From Spirochaetaceae bacterium (lineage in GTDB: Bacteria; Spirochaetota; Spirochaetia; DSM-2461): a DNA stretch of 64,000 bases. The DNA lies in contig JAOPTT010000005.1 of NCBI GenBank assembly GCA_051531975.1, positions 64,001 to 128,000 on the forward strand, read 5' to 3'. Positions 38,813 to 48,308 of this stretch are shown here, one piece after another (position 1 is the stretch's first letter; every line of letters begins with the position of its first letter). The position numbers and the translations under genes are program-made. The notes below the pieces were generated by a model. That model was not told where the DNA came from, searched no databases, and saw nothing but the letters and a program-made list of their open reading frames with translations.

Positions 38813-40174
38813 TCAATTATTGTTATTGGTGAATTCTTTCTTTCCTATAATTTCTGCAACTATTCCTATTATTATTTGACCAATAGCTAAACCTACTATC
38901 ATTCCTCTAAAACCACCAATATTAGCTCCTAAATATAAAAACGGTATTAAAATTAATAGTGTTCCTATACTGTTTAATATAAGAGATATCTTAGGTTTTC
39001 CAATGGCAACTAAACCTTCTGATAACCAGTTATATAAATTTAGCCCTACAGAACCAACCATTATTATAACCAAATAGTTTCCTATATATGTTATAACCTG
39101 TTCATCTGTAGAAAAGATACCACCTAATTGTCTCCAAAAAAGAGCAGCAAGTGCTGTTAATATTACACCATATACTATAGCAATCTTTATTATTAGTTTT
39201 CTAGATTCTTCGACTCTTTCTAGCTTTCCAGCACCATAATTTTGTCCCATTATTGGTATTAAACTAACACCAACAGCCATACTAATTATAGCAGAAAAAC
39301 TCTCAATTCTACTTGCGGCTGCAATAGCTGCAACTGCAGTTGTTCCTCCTACAGTCGCTGCAAGTTTTGTTAAAAACCCTCTTACTAATTGGGGCAATAA
39401 CCGTACTAAAGCACCAGGAATTCCAATGGAGAGAATATTTTTCCATGAATCTAGTAGTTCCTTAAATGAGTTATACTTAAAATCGATTAGTTTATATTTA
39501 AAGTGCACAAAAGATAGAGAGACTATCATACCACTAGCTCTAGCAATTAACGTTGCAAAAGCTGCTCCTTTTATCCCCAAGTTTAGACCGTTAATGTTAA
39601 TATTAAAAATAGTGAAGTTATCGAAGATAAAAATTGGATCTAATATAAAGTTAACACCGGCACAAACTAACATAACATAAAATGGTCTCTTCATGTCTCC
39701 TATGGCTCTCATACAGGAGTCACTAACTGGTGGCATTACTATAAAAATAACACCAGAATACCACACAACCATATATTGTTTTATTAATGGAATTATATTC
39801 TCTTCAGCACCTAATACTCTAAATAAAGGAGTTATAGTTGTTAATCCAAAGATTGAGATTATTGCAACAGCCATTATGGATAATAAAATCCCATCGGTTG
39901 CAATTCTATTCATTAAATGATGGTCTTTTTTACCCACTGCTCTAGCTAAAATAGAACCTGCACCCATACTTATTCCAGATGAAATAGCGCCAATTACCAT
40001 CACTATGGGAAAGGTAAAACCCATAGCAGCTAAGGAGTTTACACCTAGTTTAGAAACAAAAAAGGTATCTGTTATATTAAAGAGGATTATAGCCAACATT
40101 CCACCCATATTAGGCAGTGCTAACCTGATCATATGTTTTTTAATATCACCTTGTAGTAGATCTGTTTTACTCAT
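38813..40174 (-). CDS. MATE family efflux transporter
   Basis: LALP, DTFFVSKLG..SLAA, N.ILDPIFI, GI.GAA.AT and GQNYGAG motifs; about 12 TM helices; start MSKTD at 40174. Confidence 0.93.
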   Translation of the reverse strand: MSKTDLLQGDIKKHMIRLALPNMGGMLAIILFNITDTFFVSKLGVNSLAAMGFTFPIVMVIGAISSGISMGAGSILARAVGKKDHHLMNRIATDGILLSIMAVAIISIFGLTTITPLFRVLGAEENIIPLIKQYMVVWYSGVIFIVMPPVSDSCMRAIGDMKRPFYVMLVCAGVNFILDPIFIFDNFTIFNININGLNLGIKGAAFATLIARASGMIVSLSFVHFKYKLIDFKYNSFKELLDSWKNILSIGIPGALVRLLPQLVRGFLTKLAATVGGTTAVAAIAAASRIESFSAIISMAVGVSLIPIMGQNYGAGKLERVEESRKLIIKIAIVYGVILTALAALFWRQLGGIFSTDEQVITYIGNYLVIIMVGSVGLNLYNWLSEGLVAIGKPKISLILNSIGTLLILIPFLYLGANIGGFRGMIVGLAIGQIIIGIVAEIIGKKEFTNNNN

Positions 40175-40242
40175 AAATAAACTCCCCGTAGTAGGGAGTT
40201 TATAGAAAGGTACAGTTATATACAATTACAATCTTTAGTAAA

Positions 40243-40932
40243 TTAAAGGTTAAATCGATATCCAATTCCCCATAGTGTTTCAATATATATGGGATTTGAA
40301 GGATCAGATTCAATTTTCTCTCTTATTTTTCTTATGTGTACTGTAATTGTAGAAATGTCTCCATAAGAATCTCCCCATATTTTGTCAAATATATCCTGTT
40401 TAGAGTGTACAATGTTTGGGTTTGACATTAATAAATAGAGTATCTCAAATTCTTTAGAAGTTAATATTATGTTATCACCATTATGAATAACACTTTTGTA
40501 TGCATTATTTAATATTAAACCTCTAATTGAAATTGAGTCTAATGTAGATTTAGTATCTTTCCCTATTAACTTATCATGCCGGTTTATATGGGCTTTAACT
40601 CTAGCAACTAATTCACTTGGGCTGAAAGGTTTAGTCATGTAATCATCTGCACCTAGACCTAAGCCCCTTATTTTATCAAATTCCTCTTTTTTGGCACTAA
40701 CCATTAATACCGGGGTTTCTTTTGTTTTTCTAAAATCCCTAAGGATTGAAAAACCATCTTGATTTGGTAACATTACATCTAGAATTATTAAAACATAATC
40801 GTTTTTTTGTGCAAGAGCTAGTCCTATTTTACCGTCAGATTCAATTTCAACATCAAATCCATCAGCTTCAAGGTAGTCCCTTTGTAGTTCAGCTATGCTT
40901 ATATCATCTTCGATTATTAAAATCTTGTTCAT
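40243..40932 (-). CDS. OmpR-family response regulator
   Basis: IIEDD, LDVMLP, GADDY.TKPF and winged helix VHIRKIREKIE...ETLWGIGY. Confidence 0.95.
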   Translation of the reverse strand: MNKILIIEDDISIAELQRDYLEADGFDVEIESDGKIGLALAQKNDYVLIILDVMLPNQDGFSILRDFRKTKETPVLMVSAKKEEFDKIRGLGLGADDYMTKPFSPSELVARVKAHINRHDKLIGKDTKSTLDSISIRGLILNNAYKSVIHNGDNIILTSKEFEILYLLMSNPNIVHSKQDIFDKIWGDSYGDISTITVHIRKIREKIESDPSNPIYIETLWGIGYRFNL

Positions 40933-40943
40933 AGTATTGTCTC

Positions 40944-42290
40944 CTAAATTAAAGGTAGTTTAAAGGTAACTGTTATTCCACTATTTGGGTTATTACGTAC
41001 AAATATAGCACCCTTGTGTTCAGTAATTATCTGTCTAGATATTGCTAATCCTAAACCACTACCCTCGGTAGAGGAGGATCTTGCTGGGTCAGCTCTATAA
41101 AACCGTGTAAAGATTTGATCTATTGTTTTAGGATTTACCCCAATTCCATTGTCTTTAATCGAAATCATGGCCATATCTTGGTTTTGCGATAGTGTTATAT
41201 CAATAAGACAGATTTCTTTATCACAATATTTAACAGAATTTCTAATTATATTATGAATTACTCTTTGTAATTGAATTGGGTCAGCAAGTATTAATAAGAT
41301 ATCAATATTTTTTGTATAATTTATTTTAAGATTAGGGGAGTCATATAGAATCTCATCTATAATATCAGTGATGAAAAGGTTCAGATCTAACTTCTGAAAA
41401 TTAAAATGTACGGTTTTTAAATCTAGTTTAGATGATAAAAATAGGTTTTCTATTAATTTATCAAGAATATTAACTTTTTTAGAAATTGTTTCGTGGTATT
41501 TGTTTATTTTTTCCGGTGTATTTGCGACACCATCAACAATACCTTCTATATATCCTTTAATTGCAGTTATTGGAGTTTTTAAATCGTGGGAAATATTTGC
41601 TATTAATTCAGTTCGATTGTTTTCGTACATAAGTTGTTTTTGAGCACTGTTTTTAAGCCTTAGTCTCATATCATCAAAAGCAGCAAAAACTTCATTTATC
41701 TCATCCTTGGCATTATATGTTAGGTCAATATCAAACTCTTCTTCTTTTATACTAATAGCGGCATCTTTTAATTTTTGTAGAGGTCTAGTTATAGTTCTTG
41801 CTGTGAAATAAGTTAATATACTAATTAGAATTGAGTAAAAAATGAATGGTATCAAAAATGATAAGAAATAACGTTCTACCTTGAAATCTTTAATCATAAA
41901 ATGTATCTCTGCAGATCTACCATCTTTAAGATTAAATAACCAATAATTAACAAATTTTTGTTCATGAAAATCTTTAGATATATTGTTGGAATCAAATCCT
42001 TCTTTGGTATGAACGGTACCTTCTACACTAACAACTGCAGTTACCACACTAGGGTTCTGAGTTTTTTGTATTAATTTTTGTAATACACTATTTTCCAATA
42101 ATGAGTCTGGATCATTTCCTAAGATATTATATAACTCATTATTAAAATCTTTAGACTGAATTGACAATCTTAGTTGTTTAAATTGTTCTGTGTAACCACT
42201 GCTTACAGTAATTGACAGAGTTATAAAAATAATTAGTGGGATGAGTACTAACAAAATATATGAAATACGAAGTCGTTTACCAATTGTCAT
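40944..42290 (-). CDS. HAMP-domain sensor histidine kinase
   Basis: ISHDLKTPIT, DNGIG, FYRAD and GSGLGLAI motifs. Confidence 0.93.
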   Translation of the reverse strand: MTIGKRLRISYILLVLIPLIIFITLSITVSSGYTEQFKQLRLSIQSKDFNNELYNILGNDPDSLLENSVLQKLIQKTQNPSVVTAVVSVEGTVHTKEGFDSNNISKDFHEQKFVNYWLFNLKDGRSAEIHFMIKDFKVERYFLSFLIPFIFYSILISILTYFTARTITRPLQKLKDAAISIKEEEFDIDLTYNAKDEINEVFAAFDDMRLRLKNSAQKQLMYENNRTELIANISHDLKTPITAIKGYIEGIVDGVANTPEKINKYHETISKKVNILDKLIENLFLSSKLDLKTVHFNFQKLDLNLFITDIIDEILYDSPNLKINYTKNIDILLILADPIQLQRVIHNIIRNSVKYCDKEICLIDITLSQNQDMAMISIKDNGIGVNPKTIDQIFTRFYRADPARSSSTEGSGLGLAISRQIITEHKGAIFVRNNPNSGITVTFKLPLI

Positions 42291-42335
42291 TTTTAAATTA
42301 TATACCTTAGTTTGTTTTTATATATTAAGAAAATA

Positions 42336-43043
42336 TTAATTTATTGTTATTTTTCCAGAAATTATAGCTTCTTTGATATGGGTAAATGATAGGTCTTCAA
42401 TTTCTAGAGTAAAACTTCTGTCCCCTATGTTATCTATGTAGTGGGCATCTGAATTGGTTATATATGGTATATTATTTAATTTCATGATTGGTGGAAGTTT
42501 TGTTAAACCAACAGCGGTGTAATTTTCATCTGGTAGAAATCCTAACTGACTTTTAATACTGAATTGAGGTTTGTCTATATGGGCAGGAATAAATATGCCA
42601 TCTCTCTCTAGAGTCATTTCTAGAAGTTCACTAATAGAGTACATACTAGCACCACCAGTTAAATACTTTTCAACCTCTCCTAATATATTTTCTTCATCAT
42701 CTACATATATCTGGTCACCCCATTTTTCAGGATCATTTGGAACAGATAATAGGCTTTTATATATTAATTCTCCCATTTCTAATGCAGTTTCAGGGTTTTT
42801 AAATAGGGCTAAAACATGTGCTTCTTCACTACTTGTTATCTCTAGTCCATAAATACCAAATATACCAGCAGAGTTACAAGCTGCTCTAAAGGCAGGGGTG
42901 TTTAGAGCAGAATTATGGTCTGTCAAAGCTATTACATCCAGTCCCCTTTTTTTAGCCGCTATAGCGATATCAATTGGGGACATTTCCAAATCCCCACAGG
43001 GGCTTAAACAGGAGTGGATGTGAAGATCACACCTTACTTCCAT
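42336..43043 (-). CDS. PHP-domain phosphoesterase
   Basis: DLHIHSCLSPC, LTDHN, PAHID and SDAH motifs. Confidence 0.9.
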   Translation of the reverse strand: MEVRCDLHIHSCLSPCGDLEMSPIDIAIAAKKRGLDVIALTDHNSALNTPAFRAACNSAGIFGIYGLEITSSEEAHVLALFKNPETALEMGELIYKSLLSVPNDPEKWGDQIYVDDEENILGEVEKYLTGGASMYSISELLEMTLERDGIFIPAHIDKPQFSIKSQLGFLPDENYTAVGLTKLPPIMKLNNIPYITNSDAHYIDNIGDRSFTLEIEDLSFTHIKEAIISGKITIN

Positions 43044-43369
43044 TATAGAGCCTGATGCACCTTAAATGATGTTTCAAACTGATTTTCTTTTGTTGTGAAG
43101 ATTGCAATTCCTTCTTCTTTTGCTGCATTCATCATATCATCAGGAACTTTTCGTCCACTGCAAATTATAACAGCCGTAATTCCAGCTAAAGAGCAACATG
43201 CAATTGTATTTTTATGAGCTTGGATAGTTATTAAAACAGAATCCTCGTCTGCATTACCCATAACATCACTTAAAAGGTCGGAAGTAAACCCAGTGGTAAT
43301 ATCCTCAATTTCGTAGTCCTGATATGTTGCTACATAACCTAATTTCAGTTCTAAATCATTTGTTTTCAT
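43043..43369 (-). CDS. DRTGG-domain protein
   Basis: GFTSDLLSDVMG...LITIQAH motif; family commonly found beside hydrogenase operons. Confidence 0.8.
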   Translation of the reverse strand: MKTNDLELKLGYVATYQDYEIEDITTGFTSDLLSDVMGNADEDSVLITIQAHKNTIACCSLAGITAVIICSGRKVPDDMMNAAKEEGIAIFTTKENQFETSFKVHQAL

Positions 43370-44283
43370 TTGTCATTATCCTTAATTATATTAAAATGTA
43401 CTTTTACTATGGTTCCTGCTGGGCTAGATTCTATCTCAAAATCATCTGCAACCCTTTTTGAATTTGGTAGGCCCATTCCTGCACCAAAACCTAAACTTCT
43501 AATCCAGTCGTTAGCTGTAGAAAACCCCTCTGTTAATGCTTTTTCTAGATCTGGGATACCAGGACCTCTATCTTTAGCTATAATGGTTATTTTATCTTTA
43601 TCAAATATTGCTTTAATCGTCCCACCCTCAGAGTGAACTACTTGGTTTATCTCTAATTCATATGATGCTACAGCAACTCTTCTAATAAATTTTCTATCTA
43701 ATGCCAGTTTTTTAAGAGTCTTTTTTATCTCTGTAGATGCTTTACCTGCAATCTCAAAATTAAATTTAATTGTTTGAAACTCTTTTTCATTATCCTGTAT
43801 ATCTTCTGGTGTATCTTTCTGGATTGAGTTTTCCAAGGCTTGCATTGCTTCGTTTAAGTGGGCTAATAATCTTGTATTTATATCCCGCATGGAAATTATT
43901 CCAACTAGCTCCTTTCCTTTATTTAGAACTGGGAATCGTCCAAAGCTATATTTATTAAAATAAGAAATTGCAAAACTTAAAGGCATATCATCTTCTAAAA
44001 CAATTAGCTTTCTAGTCATGTGTTTTTCTATTTTATCATCTATATAGCCACCGTCTAAGGCTTTAATAATATCTTCGATACTAACTAAACCTAGAATTCT
44101 CATAGAATTTGTTATTGGGATTGAAGATAATTTATTTTTAGCCATAGTTAATTGTACATTACGCATTGTTCCAGATTTTCTAAGTGTAATTAAATCTGTA
44201 CTCATAACATCTTTTATTTTTAACTGGTATATTATCTCTTGTATTACAGAGGGTGAGTCTGTATTTATGGGTATGTTTTCCAT
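43366..44283 (-). CDS. CBS-pair protein fused to an RsbT/anti-sigma-type Ser/Thr kinase (HATPase)
   Basis: IKDVMS...FGRFPVL (CBS pair); AVASYELEINQVVHS.GG, DRGPGIPD, EGFSTA and GFGAGMGLPN. Confidence 0.88.
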   Translation of the reverse strand: MENIPINTDSPSVIQEIIYQLKIKDVMSTDLITLRKSGTMRNVQLTMAKNKLSSIPITNSMRILGLVSIEDIIKALDGGYIDDKIEKHMTRKLIVLEDDMPLSFAISYFNKYSFGRFPVLNKGKELVGIISMRDINTRLLAHLNEAMQALENSIQKDTPEDIQDNEKEFQTIKFNFEIAGKASTEIKKTLKKLALDRKFIRRVAVASYELEINQVVHSEGGTIKAIFDKDKITIIAKDRGPGIPDLEKALTEGFSTANDWIRSLGFGAGMGLPNSKRVADDFEIESSPAGTIVKVHFNIIKDNDK

Positions 44284-44900
44284 TATTTCTCCGTTGCAGT
44301 TTTAACTAAATATGTTAACTTCTTGATTTCAAGTCCAATGTTTACGTTATTTACGATGCAATCATCTGAAGATTTTAGTTCAACTGGTGTAAAGTTTAAT
44401 ACTCCTTTAATACCTAGGGCAAGAAGTTTCTCAAACATACTTGCAGCGGCATCTTCTGGAACGGTTAAAATAGCTGTTCTAATTTTGTGTTCTTTTATAT
44501 ATGTAGGTAAGATCTCAGTTTTATATATAGGTATATTTCTAAATTTATCATCCTGTGGATATATGTCAAAACCAGCGACAATTTTACCACCGTCTTTTGT
44601 AAAATCAACATGGTTTATTAAAGCCTTTGCTATGTGACCACAACCAACAATAACCATGTTCTCAACTTCTTTACCGCCTAATAGAATATCTAGTTTTTCA
44701 ATTAGAACATCGATCTCATAACCACCCCGTTTATTACCAGTTAAATCAAACCTTGAAAAATCTTTTCTAACTAGGGCAGGAGTTATTCCAAGAGCATCTC
44801 CCAGGTTATTTGAGAAGACTCTGGCCATCCCTAGACTTTTTAATTGTGAAAGTATCCTGTTATATTTTATAAAGCGCGTAACCGTTTCATCGTTTATCAT
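44283..44900 (-). CDS. rex: Redox-sensing transcriptional repressor Rex
   Basis: TVTRF..Y.R, VRKDFS.F...G.KRGGY, VGCG.I..AL, AILTVP and GVLNF.P motifs. Confidence 0.92.
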   Translation of the reverse strand: MINDETVTRFIKYNRILSQLKSLGMARVFSNNLGDALGITPALVRKDFSRFDLTGNKRGGYEIDVLIEKLDILLGGKEVENMVIVGCGHIAKALINHVDFTKDGGKIVAGFDIYPQDDKFRNIPIYKTEILPTYIKEHKIRTAILTVPEDAAASMFEKLLALGIKGVLNFTPVELKSSDDCIVNNVNIGLEIKKLTYLVKTATEK

Positions 44901-45066
44901 CCCTTTAATGTACCTCAGTTCACAATATTTGTAAACATTGTTTTCCAAATCGATATTCTAGGCGCAATAAAAACAATCTTTCGATGAATTACTATTGAAT
45001 TCCGAATATAACTACCATATAATAGCCTCAGGATATAATTTTTGTAGAATATTGTTAGGAGGTATT

Positions 45067-45546
45067 ATGCCTACAGAAGAGAAGATTGAGCTTCCACAGA
45101 GTTTATTAGATTTCATTAATTTATGGAGAGATAAACCAGGAAACCTAATTATGATTCTTCACAAAACTCAGGAGCACTTTGGGTTCATCCCAAGAGGTGC
45201 AGCAATTGAGTTAGCGAAGAACTTAGAAGTACCGTTGGCTAAAGTTTACGGTGTTATTACTTTTTATCATTTTTTCAAGTTAGTAAAACCTGGTAAAAAC
45301 ATCATTTCGGTTTGTATGGGTACAGCATGTTATATAAAAGGTGCTGGAGACTTAATGGCTGAGTGTGAAACACTTTTAGGTTGTGGTGTTAACTGTACAA
45401 CAGACGATGAGGAATTCTCATTACAAGCTGTACGATGTGTTGGTTGTTGTGGTCTTGCTCCACTTGTTACTGTTGGTGACGAGGTTTTTGGAAAGATTTC
45501 AGCAGATGATCTACCTGAGATTATTGCAAAATATAGAAGCAAGTAG
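45067..45546 (+). CDS. hydC: Bifurcating hydrogenase [2Fe-2S] subunit (NuoE-like, HydC)
   Basis: VCMGTACYIKG and CVGCCGLAP motifs; GGAGG RBS before ATG 45067. Confidence 0.9.
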   Translation: MPTEEKIELPQSLLDFINLWRDKPGNLIMILHKTQEHFGFIPRGAAIELAKNLEVPLAKVYGVITFYHFFKLVKPGKNIISVCMGTACYIKGAGDLMAECETLLGCGVNCTTDDEEFSLQAVRCVGCCGLAPLVTVGDEVFGKISADDLPEIIAKYRSK

Positions 45547-46088
45547 TGCATTATAATCTTTGTGACTGCATTCTGGATTTGTTTCAGAACTCAGTGGAAG
45601 CTAATTCAAAGACTATTGTTTTAGACTTTATTCAATCTAAGGCATCATTGGAAATTAACATTATCGATGATGGTAAAGGAATGGATCAAAATACGTTAAG
45701 TCGTGTTAAAGACCCTTTTTTTACAGATGGTATAAAACATAAAAGTCGTAAAGTTGGATTAGGAATACCTTTTTTAATACAGACTACAGAGATGACTGAC
45801 GGAGTCTTTCATTTAAAGTCTGATCTTGGAAAGGGAACAGTATTAAACATTACGTTTAATCTAAGCCACTGGGATACTCCTCCAATCGGGGATGTTGTAG
45901 GATTACTAGTTTCAGCAATGGCCTTTGAAGGCGATTATGATCTTGTAGTTAACAGAGAAGATAAAGAACGAAACCTAAAATATAGTGTTGCGAGATCTGA
46001 ATTACTTGAAATATTAGGTGATTTGAGTCAAGTGACAAATATGATTCTCCTTAAGGAGTTCATAGAATCCCAGGAAGAAAATAATTAG
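45546..46088 (+). CDS. Stand-alone HATPase_c (histidine-kinase-like ATP-binding) protein
   Basis: QNSVEA, DDGKGM, DPFFT and VGLGIP motifs; no H-box domain. Confidence 0.85.
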   Translation: MHYNLCDCILDLFQNSVEANSKTIVLDFIQSKASLEINIIDDGKGMDQNTLSRVKDPFFTDGIKHKSRKVGLGIPFLIQTTEMTDGVFHLKSDLGKGTVLNITFNLSHWDTPPIGDVVGLLVSAMAFEGDYDLVVNREDKERNLKYSVARSELLEILGDLSQVTNMILLKEFIESQEENN

Positions 46089-46099
46089 GAGTTTTACTT

Positions 46100-46498
46100 A
46101 TGGCTAAAATGACTTTAGCACAATTAAAAGCATTGAGAAATGATAAGAAAAAAGAAATTGATAGACGTGATTCAGAAGGTAAAGATATAACTATTGTAGT
46201 TGGTATGGGAACTTGTGGAATTGCTGCAGGTGGAAAAGAGACTATTTCTGCACTTATCGATGAAATGAAAGAACACGATTTAGTTAATGTAACAATTAAG
46301 CAAACAGGTTGTATGGGTCTATGTCACTCAGAACCAACTATAGATGTAAAAGTACCTGGTATGCCAGATACTATTTATGGAAATGTTAATGCTGAAGTTG
46401 CAAAAGAGGTTGTTGTTAAACATATTATTGGAAAAGAGTTACTTTCTAAGAATGTTTTAGACCGACCAGCAACTGATATAATGAAGGAGCAGAAGTAA
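46100..46498 (+). CDS. Thioredoxin-like [2Fe-2S] ferredoxin subunit (HydD/HndB-like)
   Basis: GMGTCGIAAG and TGCMGLCHSEP motifs. Confidence 0.88.
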   Translation: MAKMTLAQLKALRNDKKKEIDRRDSEGKDITIVVGMGTCGIAAGGKETISALIDEMKEHDLVNVTIKQTGCMGLCHSEPTIDVKVPGMPDTIYGNVNAEVAKEVVVKHIIGKELLSKNVLDRPATDIMKEQK

Positions 46499-46500
46499 CC

Positions 46501-48291
46501 ATGGCTGTAAAAAACTTTATATTGGTTTGTGGGGGAACTGCCTGCGAATCATCCAAGGGTGATGAAATATTCAAAGCTCTATTAAAATCTGCCGAAAAAC
46601 ATGGACTAAAAGATGATGTTCAGATAATTAAAACAGGTTGTTTTGGTTTCTGTGAAAAAGGACCTATTGTTAAGGTTCTTCCAGAAGAGGCATTTTATGT
46701 TGAAGTAGTACCTGCTGATGCAGAAGAAATTATTGCTGAAACAATATTAAAAGGTAGAATAGTTGACCGATTAATCTATAAGGATCCAAATGCAGATGCA
46801 GATGCACCTGCAGATCAGATTAAATTCTATCAAAAACAGTACCGAGTAGTACTAAGAAACTGTGGTTTAATTAACCCAGAAGATATCGAAGAGTATATTG
46901 CCAGAGATGGTTATTTAGCACTTGAAAAATGTCTAACAGGTGAATTAACTCCAGACGATGTTATTAACGAGCTTAAAACAGCGGCAATTAGAGGTCGTGG
47001 TGGTGCTGGTTTCCCAACATGGTTAAAGTGGAACTTTTCTAAGAATGTTGATGCAGATCAAAAATTTGTTATCTGTAATGCCGATGAAGGTGATCCAGGT
47101 GCATATATGGATAGATCAGTATGTGAGGGTGACCCACATTCAATAATCGAAGCTATGACTATTGCAGGTTATACTTGTGGTGCAAACCAAGGTTATATCT
47201 ATATTAGAGCTGAATATCCATTAGCAATTGAACGATTAAACATAGCTATAGAGCAATCTAGAGAAGCTGGACTTCTTGGAGATAGCATTTTAGGTTCAGA
47301 TTTTTCATTTGATTTAGAACTTAGATTAGGTGCTGGAGCATTTGTTTGTGGTGAAGAGACTGCACTTATCGCTTCTATTGAAGGGAAACGGGGTATGCCT
47401 GTTCCAAAACCACCATTTCCAGCTGTAAAAGGTCTATGGGGTAAACCATCAGTTATCAACAATGTTGAAACTTTTGCTAATATACCTGTAATCTTAACAA
47501 AAGGTGGAGCGTGGTATAAATCTTTAGGTACAGAAGGTTCTTCTGGTACGAAAGTATTTGCTTTAACTGGTCAGATAGAAAACTCTGGTCTTGTTGAAGT
47601 TCCTATGGGAACAACTTTAAGAGACATTGTATTTGATATCGGTGGTGGTATTAGAAACAATAGAAAATTCAAAGCTGTACAAACTGGTGGACCATCAGGT
47701 GGTGTTATTACTGAGCAGTTCCTAGATACTCCAATTGACTTTGATACTTTAACTTCTATCGGATCAATGATGGGTTCTGGTGGTATGATCGTAATGTCAG
47801 AAGACGATTGTATTGTTGATGTTACTAAGTTCTACCTAGAATTCTGTGTTGAAGAGTCTTGTGGTAAATGTTCTCCTTGTAGAATAGGTACTAAAAAGAT
47901 GCATGAAATCCTTGAGAAGATTACTTCTGGAAAAGGTGAAATGTCAGACATTCAGCAGATGAAAGATATTGGTAAAGCTCTTAAGACTGCATCACTTTGT
48001 GGTTTAGGTCAAACAGCAGCTAACCCTGTTCTTTCAACACTTAAATATTTCGAAGATGAGTACTTAGAGCACATTAACGAAAACAAGTGTAGAGCTGGAA
48101 AATGTAAAGATCTTATGCAGTATAAAGTAGTTGAAGATAAATGTATCGGATGTACAGTATGTGCAAGAAAGTGTCCAGTTAACTGTATTGAAGGTGAGAG
48201 AAAAACTCCTCACTTCATCGTTCAGGAAAATTGTGTTAAATGTGGTGCTTGTTATGAAGCATGTAAATTTGATGCGATTACTATCAGTTAA
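46501..48291 (+). CDS. hydB: Bifurcating hydrogenase FMN/NADH subunit (NuoF-like, HydB)
   Basis: RGRGGAGFP, CNADEGDPGA, CGEETAL, ESCGKC.PCR and two C-terminal 4Fe-4S motifs. Confidence 0.95.
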   Translation: MAVKNFILVCGGTACESSKGDEIFKALLKSAEKHGLKDDVQIIKTGCFGFCEKGPIVKVLPEEAFYVEVVPADAEEIIAETILKGRIVDRLIYKDPNADADAPADQIKFYQKQYRVVLRNCGLINPEDIEEYIARDGYLALEKCLTGELTPDDVINELKTAAIRGRGGAGFPTWLKWNFSKNVDADQKFVICNADEGDPGAYMDRSVCEGDPHSIIEAMTIAGYTCGANQGYIYIRAEYPLAIERLNIAIEQSREAGLLGDSILGSDFSFDLELRLGAGAFVCGEETALIASIEGKRGMPVPKPPFPAVKGLWGKPSVINNVETFANIPVILTKGGAWYKSLGTEGSSGTKVFALTGQIENSGLVEVPMGTTLRDIVFDIGGGIRNNRKFKAVQTGGPSGGVITEQFLDTPIDFDTLTSIGSMMGSGGMIVMSEDDCIVDVTKFYLEFCVEESCGKCSPCRIGTKKMHEILEKITSGKGEMSDIQQMKDIGKALKTASLCGLGQTAANPVLSTLKYFEDEYLEHINENKCRAGKCKDLMQYKVVEDKCIGCTVCARKCPVNCIEGERKTPHFIVQENCVKCGACYEACKFDAITIS

Positions 48292-48308
48292 AGAAAGGGA
48301 GATTTTAA

